Positions 1 to 8,144 of a stretch of 64,000 nucleotides of DNA are shown here, piece by piece (position 1 is the first letter of the stretch; each line of letters begins with the position of its first letter). The stretch comes from Acidobacteriota bacterium (GTDB taxonomy: Bacteria; Acidobacteriota; Terriglobia; Terriglobales; SCQP01): positions 100,365 to 164,364 of the forward strand of contig JAKASR010000004.1 of NCBI GenBank assembly GCA_021818955.1. Direction: 5' to 3'. The notes under the pieces are model-generated. The model was not told where the DNA came from, ran no database searches, and saw only the letters and a program-made list of their open reading frames with translations. A program made the translations under genes and the position numbers.

Positions 1-556
1 TGTCGGCTTCGAGCGTATAGACGACTTGGATGTGCAGGTTGCCGGGAAAGCCGGCCTCGCCGTTTTTGCTGAAATAGGCCAGCTCCAGCGCCGGCGCGGC
101 GGTGTGCAATTCCCGCGCCTTCCAGACTTGCCGGTCGAAGCCATTCGGGCCGCCGTGCAGGCAGTTTTTGCCATCGTTGGCGGGCAGATGATAAACCTTG
201 CCATCGAGGGTGAAACGCGCATCGCCGATGCGGTTGGCATAGCGGCCGATGATGGCGCCGAAAAAGGGATCGTTCTTTTTGCTGAGATAGCCGGCGAGGT
301 TATCGAAGCCCAGCACGACGTCGGCCATTTTGCCGTTGCGATCGGGGACAAGTATGGATTGAATCCGCGCCCCGTAGGTGATGATTTTGACCACCATGCC
401 GGCGCGGTTGGTGAGGGTGTAAAGCGAAACTTTGCGCCCGTCCGGCATGACGCCAAAGGAGCTTTTGTGAATGCTCGGCCGGGCGGCACGGCAGACCGGC
501 GCCAAGCCCGCCAGCAGCATGACGGCAAGAAACAAGGACAGCGATAACTTTTTCAT
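1..556 (-). CDS. galM: aldose 1-epimerase (mutarotase) with signal peptide; C-terminal part lies beyond the left window edge
   Basis: Absent from the supplied ORF track because it runs off the edge. The reverse complement from ATG (556-554) reads MKKLSLSLFLAVMLLAGLAPVCRAARPSIHKSSFGVMPDGRKVSLYTLTNRAGMVVKIITYGARIQSILVPDRNGKMADVVLGFDNLAGYLSKKNDPFFGAIIGRYANRIGDARFTLDGKVYHLPANDGKNCLHGGPNGFDRQVW... and stays open to base 1. The GRYANRI...F.LDG..Y.L..N.G.N.LHGG..GF pattern is the aldose 1-epimerase family signature. The listed + ORF 26..547 is its antisense shadow. Confidence 0.85.
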   Translation of the reverse strand, partial: MKKLSLSLFLAVMLLAGLAPVCRAARPSIHKSSFGVMPDGRKVSLYTLTNRAGMVVKIITYGARIQSILVPDRNGKMADVVLGFDNLAGYLSKKNDPFFGAIIGRYANRIGDARFTLDGKVYHLPANDGKNCLHGGPNGFDRQVWKARELHTAAPALELAYFSKNGEAGFPGNLHIQVVYTLEAD

Positions 557-775
557 CCGGTCCAGCCTCCTGGTGTGAATGCAAGTGACAGCATATACCA
601 TCGCCACGCCGAATTCAGAACCTATCCATACCAAAATCTCCTTAGCTATAGACAGATACTGATTTGTCATACCATCTCATTTGAATGGTTTGCGGCTTCC
701 GGATAGACCCCGAAGGACACTGGCGGCAGCGGTCCATAAAACCCGGCCTTCAGCTCTGGAAAGGATTTACCAGCT

Positions 776-3580
776 ATGCCTGATGAAACCAGAAGCGTTC
801 CCCCCGATCCGGAACTAACCCGGCGCGAGTTTTTGAAACGATCGGCTACCGGTTCGGTGGCCGTCGCCTTGGCGCCGCCGGCGGCATTGCCGGCGCCGGC
901 GCCTTCGGAGCATCAGTCTGAGTTGCAAAGCGGCTGGCGGCTCATTTCCGCAAGGGAGGTCACGGCCAGCGACGAGGAAGTTTCCCAACCTTCCTATGAT
1001 GCCTCGCACTGGCACCCGATCGCCCGCATGCCGGTGACGGTGCTGCAGGCGCTGGAAGACGCCGACGTTTATAAAAACCTTTATTACGGCATGAACCTCA
1101 CCCAGAGCGTGCCACCCGACCTCTGGCGGCAAGATTGGTGGTACCGGACCACGTTTGTCGCGCCTGAAGGCGAAGTGCATTCGCTGATCTTCAATGGCAT
1201 CAACTACCGCGCTGATATCTGGGTCAATGGCCACCTCGTGGCCGGCAAGCGTCAAGTGGTCGGAATGTATAACAGCTTTGAATACATCGTGACCCCCTAC
1301 GTTCAACCCGGCGGGAAAAATGTGCTGGCCGTGCGCGTAACGCCTCCGCAAAAGCTTCCTTATATCAACGGCGTGGACCTGTGCGACACCTGGCTGGACT
1401 GGATCAACTGGAAATATATCGGCTATCCCGACCCCAAACTATGGCAGGAGCGGCACCTCGGCCTGTCGTTTGTCGCCGACCGGAATGCCGGCGTCTGGAA
1501 AAAAGTTTTTCTGAGCACCACGGGCAAGGTGATGATCCGGAATCCGTATGTGATGACGGACCTGCCGCTGCCCGCGACCAGTCCCGCCGCGCTGACGATT
1601 TATTGCGATTTGCGCAACGGCGTTTCCAGCCCGGTTTCCGGATTTTTGCATGGCGAAATTTCGCGTCCCGGCAAGCCCGCGGTGCGATTTCAACAGAAGG
1701 TGAGCCTGCGCGGCGATGAAACCAAAGAAGTGGCGTTTACCCCGCAAGCCTTTTCCCAACTCTCGCTGCACCATCCGGATCTGTGGTGGCCATACGAGTG
1801 GGGCGAGCCGGCGCTGTATCGATTGAAGCTGGAATTCAGGATCGATGGCGCAGTTTCCGACACTTCGGCCAGTGAATTTGGCATCCGCAAGGTTACGCAG
1901 CATCGCGATGACGATCATCGCTTCCCCCAAGTGGGAACCGGCGGCAATTTTTATTTGAAGGTGAACGGCAAAGACTTCCTGATGCGGGGCGGCTGCTACG
2001 CTCCCGACCTGCTTTTCAAGAACGACCCCGAGCGGGACCGGGCGCTAACGCTCTACGCCAAGGACCTGGGGGCGAACCTGCTGCGCTGGGAGTTGAAGAT
2101 CGCCGACGACACCATGCTGGAGCGCGCCGACCGCGAAGGCATAGGCGTGATGCAGGGCTGGATGTGCTGCATGGAGTGGGAAATGTGGGACCAGTGGGAT
2201 GACGAAGACCATTGGGTAGCGCTGGCCAGCCTGCGGGCGCGCATTCGCAACCTGCGCCGCCATCCCTCGGCCTTTATCTGGGCGAACGGCAGCGATGGAC
2301 GGCCGCCCGACGCGGTGCGCAAAGAATATCACCAGATATTAAAGGAGCTTCACTGGCAGAACGCCGTCGTCGATACCTGTTCCAGCGATAAAAAGGATGC
2401 GGAGGGCCACACGCTATGGAACGGAATACAGATGCTGGGCCCTTACGCCTGGCGCCCTCCCTACTACTGGTTTGACGAGCAGTTTCCCGCAAACCAGGGC
2501 TCGTGCGCGGAACAAGGCGACAACGAAAGCATTCCGCCGTTTGAAAGCCTCAAGAAGTTCATTCCGCCCGATAAGCTTTGGCCCATCAACGACACCTGGC
2601 TTTTCCACGCCGGCGCCACCCGCGGCAACAATCAGCTTGAAACCATCCGGAAGGCGGTCGAAAAACGCTACGGCCCGCCGACGGGCGCGGAGGATTTCTG
2701 TAAAAAGGCGCAACTGGCGCATTACGAGAACACGCGGGCGCAATTCGAAAATTACGCGGCCAACAGCTATGCCACGCACAAGATGTCGCTCTACTGGATG
2801 CTGGATAGCCATTGGCCGTCGTTTTTCGGCCACCTGATCGACTACTATCTGAAGCCTGGCGGAGCTTACTACGGCGCCAAAAAAGGGCTCCGGCCTGTCA
2901 GCCTGGTGTTTGATTACTATGCCACCGGCGACCGGCGCGCGGCGCACATCTATCTCGTCAATCAGACCCTCTTACCCCTGAAGAACCTGAAAGCCACGGC
3001 CAGGGTTTACAACCTGGACGGCACGATAAAGTTTTCCAAAGAGATGGAAGGCTTGAACCTGGGCCCGATTTCACGGCATCGGGTCATGTCCATTCCCCGC
3101 ATTGCCGGCGTGAGCCCGACCTACTTTGTACGGTGCCAACTGGCCGATGCGGCCGGAAGACCGATTACCGACAATCTCTACTGGCAATCCACCATCGACG
3201 ACAACATGGGCACGCAGGATGGCGCCTTCAGCCTGCATCAGATCAGTTGGGCCGACTTTACCGCGCTCAACACCATGCCGCAGGCCGAGGTTGAGCTTTC
3301 CGGCCGCGTCCAGCGCCGTAGGCGTGAATCGCTGGCGACCCTTCAACTCGTAAACCGCTCCAGCCAGATTGCTTTTTTCCTGCGGGCCGAGATCAGCCGG
3401 GGAGCCGATGGAGAAGAAGTTTTGCCGATTCTCTATGAGGACAACTACGTCACGCTTTTCCCCGGGGAATCGAAAACTCTATCGGCCCGGTTTAGAACCG
3501 CCGACCTCAGAGGCAGCCAGCCGCATCTGCGGCTCGAAGGCTATAACGTCCTCCATCGAATGGCCGCTCTGGAGGCGTGA
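776..3580 (+). CDS. glycoside hydrolase family 2 protein, exo-beta-D-glucosaminidase-like, Tat-exported
   Basis: 934-aa ORF. Twin-arginine signal LTRREFLKRSATGSVAVALA. GH2 sugar-binding-domain pattern FNGINYRADIWVNGHLV, followed by a TIM-barrel region (GANLLRWE, GVMQGWMCC). FIWANGSDG sits where GH2 enzymes usually carry W..GNE. Confidence 0.75.
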   Translation: MPDETRSVPPDPELTRREFLKRSATGSVAVALAPPAALPAPAPSEHQSELQSGWRLISAREVTASDEEVSQPSYDASHWHPIARMPVTVLQALEDADVYKNLYYGMNLTQSVPPDLWRQDWWYRTTFVAPEGEVHSLIFNGINYRADIWVNGHLVAGKRQVVGMYNSFEYIVTPYVQPGGKNVLAVRVTPPQKLPYINGVDLCDTWLDWINWKYIGYPDPKLWQERHLGLSFVADRNAGVWKKVFLSTTGKVMIRNPYVMTDLPLPATSPAALTIYCDLRNGVSSPVSGFLHGEISRPGKPAVRFQQKVSLRGDETKEVAFTPQAFSQLSLHHPDLWWPYEWGEPALYRLKLEFRIDGAVSDTSASEFGIRKVTQHRDDDHRFPQVGTGGNFYLKVNGKDFLMRGGCYAPDLLFKNDPERDRALTLYAKDLGANLLRWELKIADDTMLERADREGIGVMQGWMCCMEWEMWDQWDDEDHWVALASLRARIRNLRRHPSAFIWANGSDGRPPDAVRKEYHQILKELHWQNAVVDTCSSDKKDAEGHTLWNGIQMLGPYAWRPPYYWFDEQFPANQGSCAEQGDNESIPPFESLKKFIPPDKLWPINDTWLFHAGATRGNNQLETIRKAVEKRYGPPTGAEDFCKKAQLAHYENTRAQFENYAANSYATHKMSLYWMLDSHWPSFFGHLIDYYLKPGGAYYGAKKGLRPVSLVFDYYATGDRRAAHIYLVNQTLLPLKNLKATARVYNLDGTIKFSKEMEGLNLGPISRHRVMSIPRIAGVSPTYFVRCQLADAAGRPITDNLYWQSTIDDNMGTQDGAFSLHQISWADFTALNTMPQAEVELSGRVQRRRRESLATLQLVNRSSQIAFFLRAEISRGADGEEVLPILYEDNYVTLFPGESKTLSARFRTADLRGSQPHLRLEGYNVLHRMAALEA

Positions 3581-3590
3581 GGCAGCTTCA

Positions 3591-3815
3591 AATGCGGCAC
3601 GGCCGCTTTTACTTTTAGGCGCTGACGCTTTCGCTATGGTCCGGCCGAAACCGGACGCATGGCGAATACTCATGGATACCGAAAGTTTATTGTCGTTAAT
3701 AGGCGCGGGACCTAACCGGAACCCCGCGCGAAAGCGGCCTGCGAGCATGGCTAGAGGCAATTTCCTCGAAATTGCCCATGATGAAAACTACTGCCCGACT
3801 CGGCCGTTAACGCTT
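3591..3815 (+). repeat. hairpin-rich intergenic repeat of about 222 nt, copy 1
   Basis: Near-identical to 32884-33105 (about 17 mismatches by hand alignment) and to the reverse complement of 22899-23150. Contains hairpins GTCCGG-ccgaaa-CCGGAC, GCGCGGG-13nt-CCCGCGC and GGCAATTTC-ctc-GAAATTGCC. Starts 10 nt after the GH2 stop. Confidence 0.85.
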
Positions 3816-4303
3816 CCGGCCGCCCTGCCTCCACAAAAATGGCTAACAGCCGCTGCCGCCCCACCCGCAGCGTGGCAAACCAGATTTCAATCGCCAGAAT
3901 AGCGTTTACCAACCCAGGATGGAGCCGCGTCGAGTGGCTTCATGCTGCATCATGGCTGGAAATCTCCGCGAGTAATCTCTGCCGGGCGTAATAAAAAGCA
4001 AGCATATTTTATAGATGCGAAGCTGAAATCAAGCTGAATTCAGCTCTTAAATGCAACATTCATAATTTTAAAATTTTATTCCTTCGAGGCTGCAACCCGA
4101 GTTGTGGGCATGTCGTAAATGGTTAAATGAATCGATCCATTCCTGCGCAAAATAATTGTCATTTTTACCGCATGGATTTTTTCCGCGTCTCTAGCCGCAA
4201 TCGCAATGCCGGGCTCGCATCGTTTTCCGCGGGGCACCGCCGGAAGCGCGCCGCTCTTCTATCATTCTCAAGCTCAGGAAAACGTCACCCGCATCGTTCT
4301 GGC

Positions 4304-7216
4304 ATGACGAAATTTCAATGGCTTCCCGCATGGGTTCCCGTCAGACGGGCTTTCCATGGACGCCAGCCGCTGCTGGTGATTCTTTTGGCTTTTTTTATGC
4401 CGGTGGCTCTGCAGGCACAAACCGGCGGCGGGTTGGCCGGACATGTGGTGGATTCCTCCGGCGCTTACATTCCAAAAGCGCTGGTTCGGATTGTCTCGGC
4501 AAGCGGCCATGTCTGGCAGACCCAAACGGATCCTCACGGCGACTACGCCATTCACCATCTGCCGCCCGGCCGTTATCAGGTCACGATTACCGCGCTGAAC
4601 TTTCAGCCCTATCAGGCCTCCGGCATCGAGATTGCCGCCGGACGCATTCGCCGCCTCGATGCCCGCCTGCCGCTCGAAAGCCTGCGACAAAATGTCGTGG
4701 TGCGTGGCCACGCCCAGCGGCTGAGCCTCAGCCCCGGGAAAAATGCCAGCGCCATGGTGGTGCGCGGCGCGGCCCTCAATGCGTTATCCAACGATCCCGA
4801 CGTGCTCACCGACGAACTGCAGGCCATGGCCGGGCCGGTGGCCGGCCCCGGCGGCGGCCAAATCTACGTCAACGGCATGGCCATGAGCGGCGACATGCCG
4901 CCCAAGTCGCAAATCCTCGAGGTGCACATCAACCGCAATCCCTTCACCGCGGCTCATGCCCATTTGGGCTATGGCCGGGTGGATATCATCACCAAGCCCG
5001 GTGCTCAGAAATTCCATGGCGAAGGCTTCGTGTTTGGCACCTTCTCGGGGCTCAATGCCCGCAATCCTTTTGCCCCCCATGAACCGGCTTACCACGACCT
5101 TTTTTATCATGGCGACCTCGGCGGCCCTCTGGGGAAAAAGGCGGCCTTCTTTTTCGACGCCTTTCATCGCGCCTCGCAGTTTGTCTCCGTGATCGATGCA
5201 TTTACGCTGAATTCGTCCTACCAGCCTACGCTGCTGGCCGAAGCCATCTCGACTCCGCAAACCTTTACCCGCATCAGCCCGCGCCTCAATTTTCAGTTGA
5301 GCAACAATAATGTCCTGGCCGTCGAATATCACCAGAACTGGGGCAGCTTCCCTAATAGTGGGATCGGCTTATTCAATCTGCCCAGCCAGGGCTATTTCCG
5401 CCTGCATCATGAATATGGGGTGTCGGTGCTCGATACTCAGATCGTCAGCCCGGAAACTATCAACTCGCTCCATTTTTTCGTCGGCCATGAGTTCAATCGC
5501 CAGACCCCAAACGCTTCCGAAACGCCGACCTTGAACGTGCGCGGCGCCTTCCTCGGCGGCGGCAACCAGCAGGGCAACTATCAGGAAAACCACTGGAATA
5601 CCTGGCTGGCCGACGACGTGAATATGACCCATGGCAGCCAGTCGATTTCCTTCGGCGGACGCCTGCACCAATACCACGATTTTCTGAATTCACCGCAAGG
5701 TTTCAATGGCGAATTCATCTTTCCCTCGCTCGACGCTTACCGCATCACCGTGCAAGGCCAAGCGCAGGGCGAGAGCATGTCGCAAATCCGCGCCGCCGGC
5801 GGAGGTCCCAGCCAGTACACCGTGACCGCCGGCAATCCGATCAATACCGTAAGCCTCTTCGATCTCGCCTTCTATGGCGAAGACACCTGGAAGGCGTTGC
5901 CTAACCTGAGCCTGAGCCTGGGGCTGCGCCTCGAAACCCAAAATCACATCTCCGACCACGCCGATTTCGCCCCGCGTTTCGGCCTGGCCTGGGGGCTCGA
6001 CAAACGCCGGAAAACGGTGTTCCGCGCCGGTTTTGGCCTGTTTTACAGCCGCATCTGGCGCGACACCATCTTGCAGGTGGAGCAATTAAACGGCGTTCAC
6101 CAGCAGCAGTATATTGTCAACCAGCCGGATTTTTATCCTCAGGCCCCACCGCCCAGTTCGCTTTCCGGGTCGGCAACTTTTCCCTCCATCTACGAGCTCG
6201 ACTCCCGGCTGCAGGCGCCCTATGTTATCGAGTCCGCCCTGAGTCTCGAGCGCCAGGTGACACGCAACCTGAACACCTCGGTGACCTATATTTTTTCCCA
6301 TGGCGCGCATCAGCTCATGCTGCGCAACATCAACGCACCCTTGCCGGGCACTTACGATCCCTCCAATCCCTCCAGCGGCGTTCGCCCGCTGGGCAATATC
6401 GGCAACGTCAACCAATACGAGACGGTGGGGAATTTCAATGAGAGCCAAATGATCGCCAATTTCCGGCTCAATGCCGGCGCGGGCATTTCCGCTTTCGGCA
6501 ATTACACGCTGAGCTTCGCCAACAGCGACCCGCTGGGCACTTTCCCCATGAATCAGTACGATATTGCCGCCGATTACGGTGCGGCGGGGTTTGTGGTGCG
6601 CCATCGCCTTTTCGTGGGCAGCACCTTTTCGCTGCCCTACTCGGCCCAGCTCAGCTCGTTTCTGCTGTTTAATTCCGGCAGGCCTTATAACATTACCCTG
6701 GGCGAAGACTTGAACGGCGACTCGATCTTTAACGATCGGCCGGCTTACGCCGCCCCCGGAGCCACCGGTCCCAATATCGTGGTCACCCCGCTGGGCGCAT
6801 TCAACGCCGCGCCGGGACCCAACCAGCCACGCGTACCCATTAACGCCCTCACCGGCCCCTCGAATTTTTCCGTGAATTTACGCCTGAGCAAGACCTTCGG
6901 CTTCGGCGGCCGTATCCATGGTCATGGCGGCGGCGGCGGATTTCATCATGACGATCATCGTCGCGGCCTGCGTAACGGGCTTGGCGGCGGCCGGGGCGGC
7001 TTCTTTCATCCCGGCGGCGCCGCGGATCGCCGTTATAAGCTCACCGTCAGCCTGACCGCGCGCAACATCTTCAATCAAGTCAACCTGGGCACGCCCATTG
7101 GCACCCTCAGCTCGCCCCTGTTTGGCCAATCGAATTCCCTTGCCGGCGGTTTTTTCGGACATAACACGCTGCCCTGGAACCGCAGCCTCTTCGCCATGCT
7201 CCGCTTCAGTTTTTAA
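4304..7216 (+). CDS. TonB-dependent-receptor-like outer membrane protein with N-terminal carboxypeptidase-regulatory-like domain
   Basis: Start moved to internal ATG 4304 (MTKFQWLPAW...LLVILLAFFMPVALQAQT signal peptide). CarboxypepD_reg-like beta-sandwich GHVVDSSGAYIPKALVRIVSASGHVWQTQTDPHGDYAIHHLPPGRYQVTITALNFQP. A long Gly/Asn/Tyr/Phe-rich barrel region follows. C-terminal ...MLRFSF is an aromatic OMP terminus. Confidence 0.8.
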   Translation: MTKFQWLPAWVPVRRAFHGRQPLLVILLAFFMPVALQAQTGGGLAGHVVDSSGAYIPKALVRIVSASGHVWQTQTDPHGDYAIHHLPPGRYQVTITALNFQPYQASGIEIAAGRIRRLDARLPLESLRQNVVVRGHAQRLSLSPGKNASAMVVRGAALNALSNDPDVLTDELQAMAGPVAGPGGGQIYVNGMAMSGDMPPKSQILEVHINRNPFTAAHAHLGYGRVDIITKPGAQKFHGEGFVFGTFSGLNARNPFAPHEPAYHDLFYHGDLGGPLGKKAAFFFDAFHRASQFVSVIDAFTLNSSYQPTLLAEAISTPQTFTRISPRLNFQLSNNNVLAVEYHQNWGSFPNSGIGLFNLPSQGYFRLHHEYGVSVLDTQIVSPETINSLHFFVGHEFNRQTPNASETPTLNVRGAFLGGGNQQGNYQENHWNTWLADDVNMTHGSQSISFGGRLHQYHDFLNSPQGFNGEFIFPSLDAYRITVQGQAQGESMSQIRAAGGGPSQYTVTAGNPINTVSLFDLAFYGEDTWKALPNLSLSLGLRLETQNHISDHADFAPRFGLAWGLDKRRKTVFRAGFGLFYSRIWRDTILQVEQLNGVHQQQYIVNQPDFYPQAPPPSSLSGSATFPSIYELDSRLQAPYVIESALSLERQVTRNLNTSVTYIFSHGAHQLMLRNINAPLPGTYDPSNPSSGVRPLGNIGNVNQYETVGNFNESQMIANFRLNAGAGISAFGNYTLSFANSDPLGTFPMNQYDIAADYGAAGFVVRHRLFVGSTFSLPYSAQLSSFLLFNSGRPYNITLGEDLNGDSIFNDRPAYAAPGATGPNIVVTPLGAFNAAPGPNQPRVPINALTGPSNFSVNLRLSKTFGFGGRIHGHGGGGGFHHDDHRRGLRNGLGGGRGGFFHPGGAADRRYKLTVSLTARNIFNQVNLGTPIGTLSSPLFGQSNSLAGGFFGHNTLPWNRSLFAMLRFSF

Positions 7217-7367
7217 GCGGGCGGCGGCGACTGCGGATCCATGCTGCGTGATTTGCATGCTCTCAGCCCTGGATAGCGTCCAGACCATCGGCGCGGATGA
7301 GGATGATTTCTGAATCAAGTTCTCTGGCCGGTAGCGAGCGCGCTGGCGGGCTTGATGGGGGGCCCCG

Positions 7368-7460
7368 ACATTGCCTGCCTTAGCGCAATTCCCGCGGAAT
7401 TGCTTTCAGACTCCGGCCGAAACCGGACAGCCGCCGTGGCGGACGAAAACTCGAGACGGA
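7368..7460 (+). repeat. compact, rearranged relative of the 222-nt repeat
   Basis: Carries GCAATTCC-cgc-GGAATTGC (7385-7403), which is the hairpin module inserted in copy 2. Also carries TCCGG-ccgaaa-CCGGA (7412-7427), the hairpin of copies 1-3, and then gacgaaaact, as near the 3' end of the full copies. Confidence 0.5.
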
Positions 7461-7539
7461 TTTCCCATCGCCCGCTCCAAGCAGCTCTTTTATCCGCCGC
7501 CAAGCTTGCCGCCGCCGCGGGCCTGGGCTAGGGTGTGGC

Positions 7540-7956
7540 ATGACCTATCAGCAGGAAATCAGCTTGCACACCCGCGGACATGGGCAGATGGACGATCTCA
7601 CCGCCCGGCTGGGCGAGATTGTCAGCGCCTCCAGCATCCGCCAGGGGATCGCCAACCTGGCGGTGATCGGCAGCACCGCGGCAATTGTCGGCATCGAGTT
7701 TGAGCCCGGCTTGCAGCGCGACCTGCCGGAAGCGCTTGACCGGCTGCTGCCCGCCTCGCGCCAATACCATCACGAACAGGCCTGGCACGACGGCAACGGG
7801 CATTCGCACCTGCAGGCGTCCTGGCTGGGGCAGTCGCTGACGGTGCCGGTGCGCGAAGGCGCGCCGGCGCTGGGCGTCTGGCAGCAGATTGCACATCTGG
7901 AATGCGATGTGCGCGCGAGAAAGCGCAGGATCTTGGTCACGGTGATGGGCGATTGA
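7540..7956 (+). CDS. YjbQ/UPF0047 family protein (secondary thiamine-phosphate synthase-like)
   Basis: 138 aa. Family-typical pattern ...ISLHTRGHGQMDDLT..., AVIGSTAAI..EFEPGL..DL, HHEQAWHDGNGHSHLQASWLGQSLTVPV..G.LALG.WQ.I. Confidence 0.8.
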   Translation: MTYQQEISLHTRGHGQMDDLTARLGEIVSASSIRQGIANLAVIGSTAAIVGIEFEPGLQRDLPEALDRLLPASRQYHHEQAWHDGNGHSHLQASWLGQSLTVPVREGAPALGVWQQIAHLECDVRARKRRILVTVMGD

Positions 7957-8144
7957 AACAGAGCCATCCGCCACCGCCGCCAGCCGAAGGACGAAGAAGG
8001 CCAACCGCAGCCACTTCCGTCAACTGTTGCCGATTTAAACCGCTGATAAAAAAGGACTTGGGTCTAGCCCAGAATGGAAATGCCGGCACTGGCGGGGGCC
8101 GGAAAAGTTTTGCTTTTCTTTCGCCTTGACGCTAGCATAAGCTC

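Noticed and set aside
26-547. 173-aa plus-strand ORF at the left edge
   Set aside because: It is the antisense shadow of the edge-truncated aldose 1-epimerase gene (1-556, minus strand), which has a clear family signature.
3479-3760. Similar peptides translated from the three repeat copies (also 22936..23223 + and 32604..33068 -; ...GFGRT.AKA.APKSKSGRAA...), considered as a small-protein family
   Set aside because: The frame is open in all copies and the indels are multiples of 3, so coding cannot be fully excluded. However, only 2-3 of 17 copy1/copy3 substitutions are synonymous. Start codons differ (TTG in different positions), and the ORFs run on into unrelated flanking sequence. The invariant parts coincide with hairpin stems. 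The sense-strand frame is broken by a TGA in copy 3. A nucleic-acid-level element explains the data better.
4127-4303. N-terminal extensions of track ORFs: 4127-4303 for the OMP, 38400-38744 for the permease, 27886-28167 for the TPR protein, 47427-47546 for the LiaF-like protein, 42401-42589 for M1, 33180-33233 for M28, and similar cases
   Set aside because: Internal ATGs are followed immediately by signal peptides, lipoboxes or TM anchors, and often preceded by AGGAG-like sites. The extensions are Arg-rich, overlap neighbouring genes or promoters, and have no counterpart in the protein families.
7957-8144. Search for an SOS (LexA) operator shared by the upstream regions of the Y-family polymerase, the SRAP gene (9417-9538) and recN (14662-14977)
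   Set aside because: I found no CTGT-N8-ACAG, GAAC-N4-GTTC or GTTC-N7-GTTC type palindrome and no convincing shared motif by eye. The LexA motif of this lineage is unknown to me, so absence cannot be claimed, only that nothing was supported.
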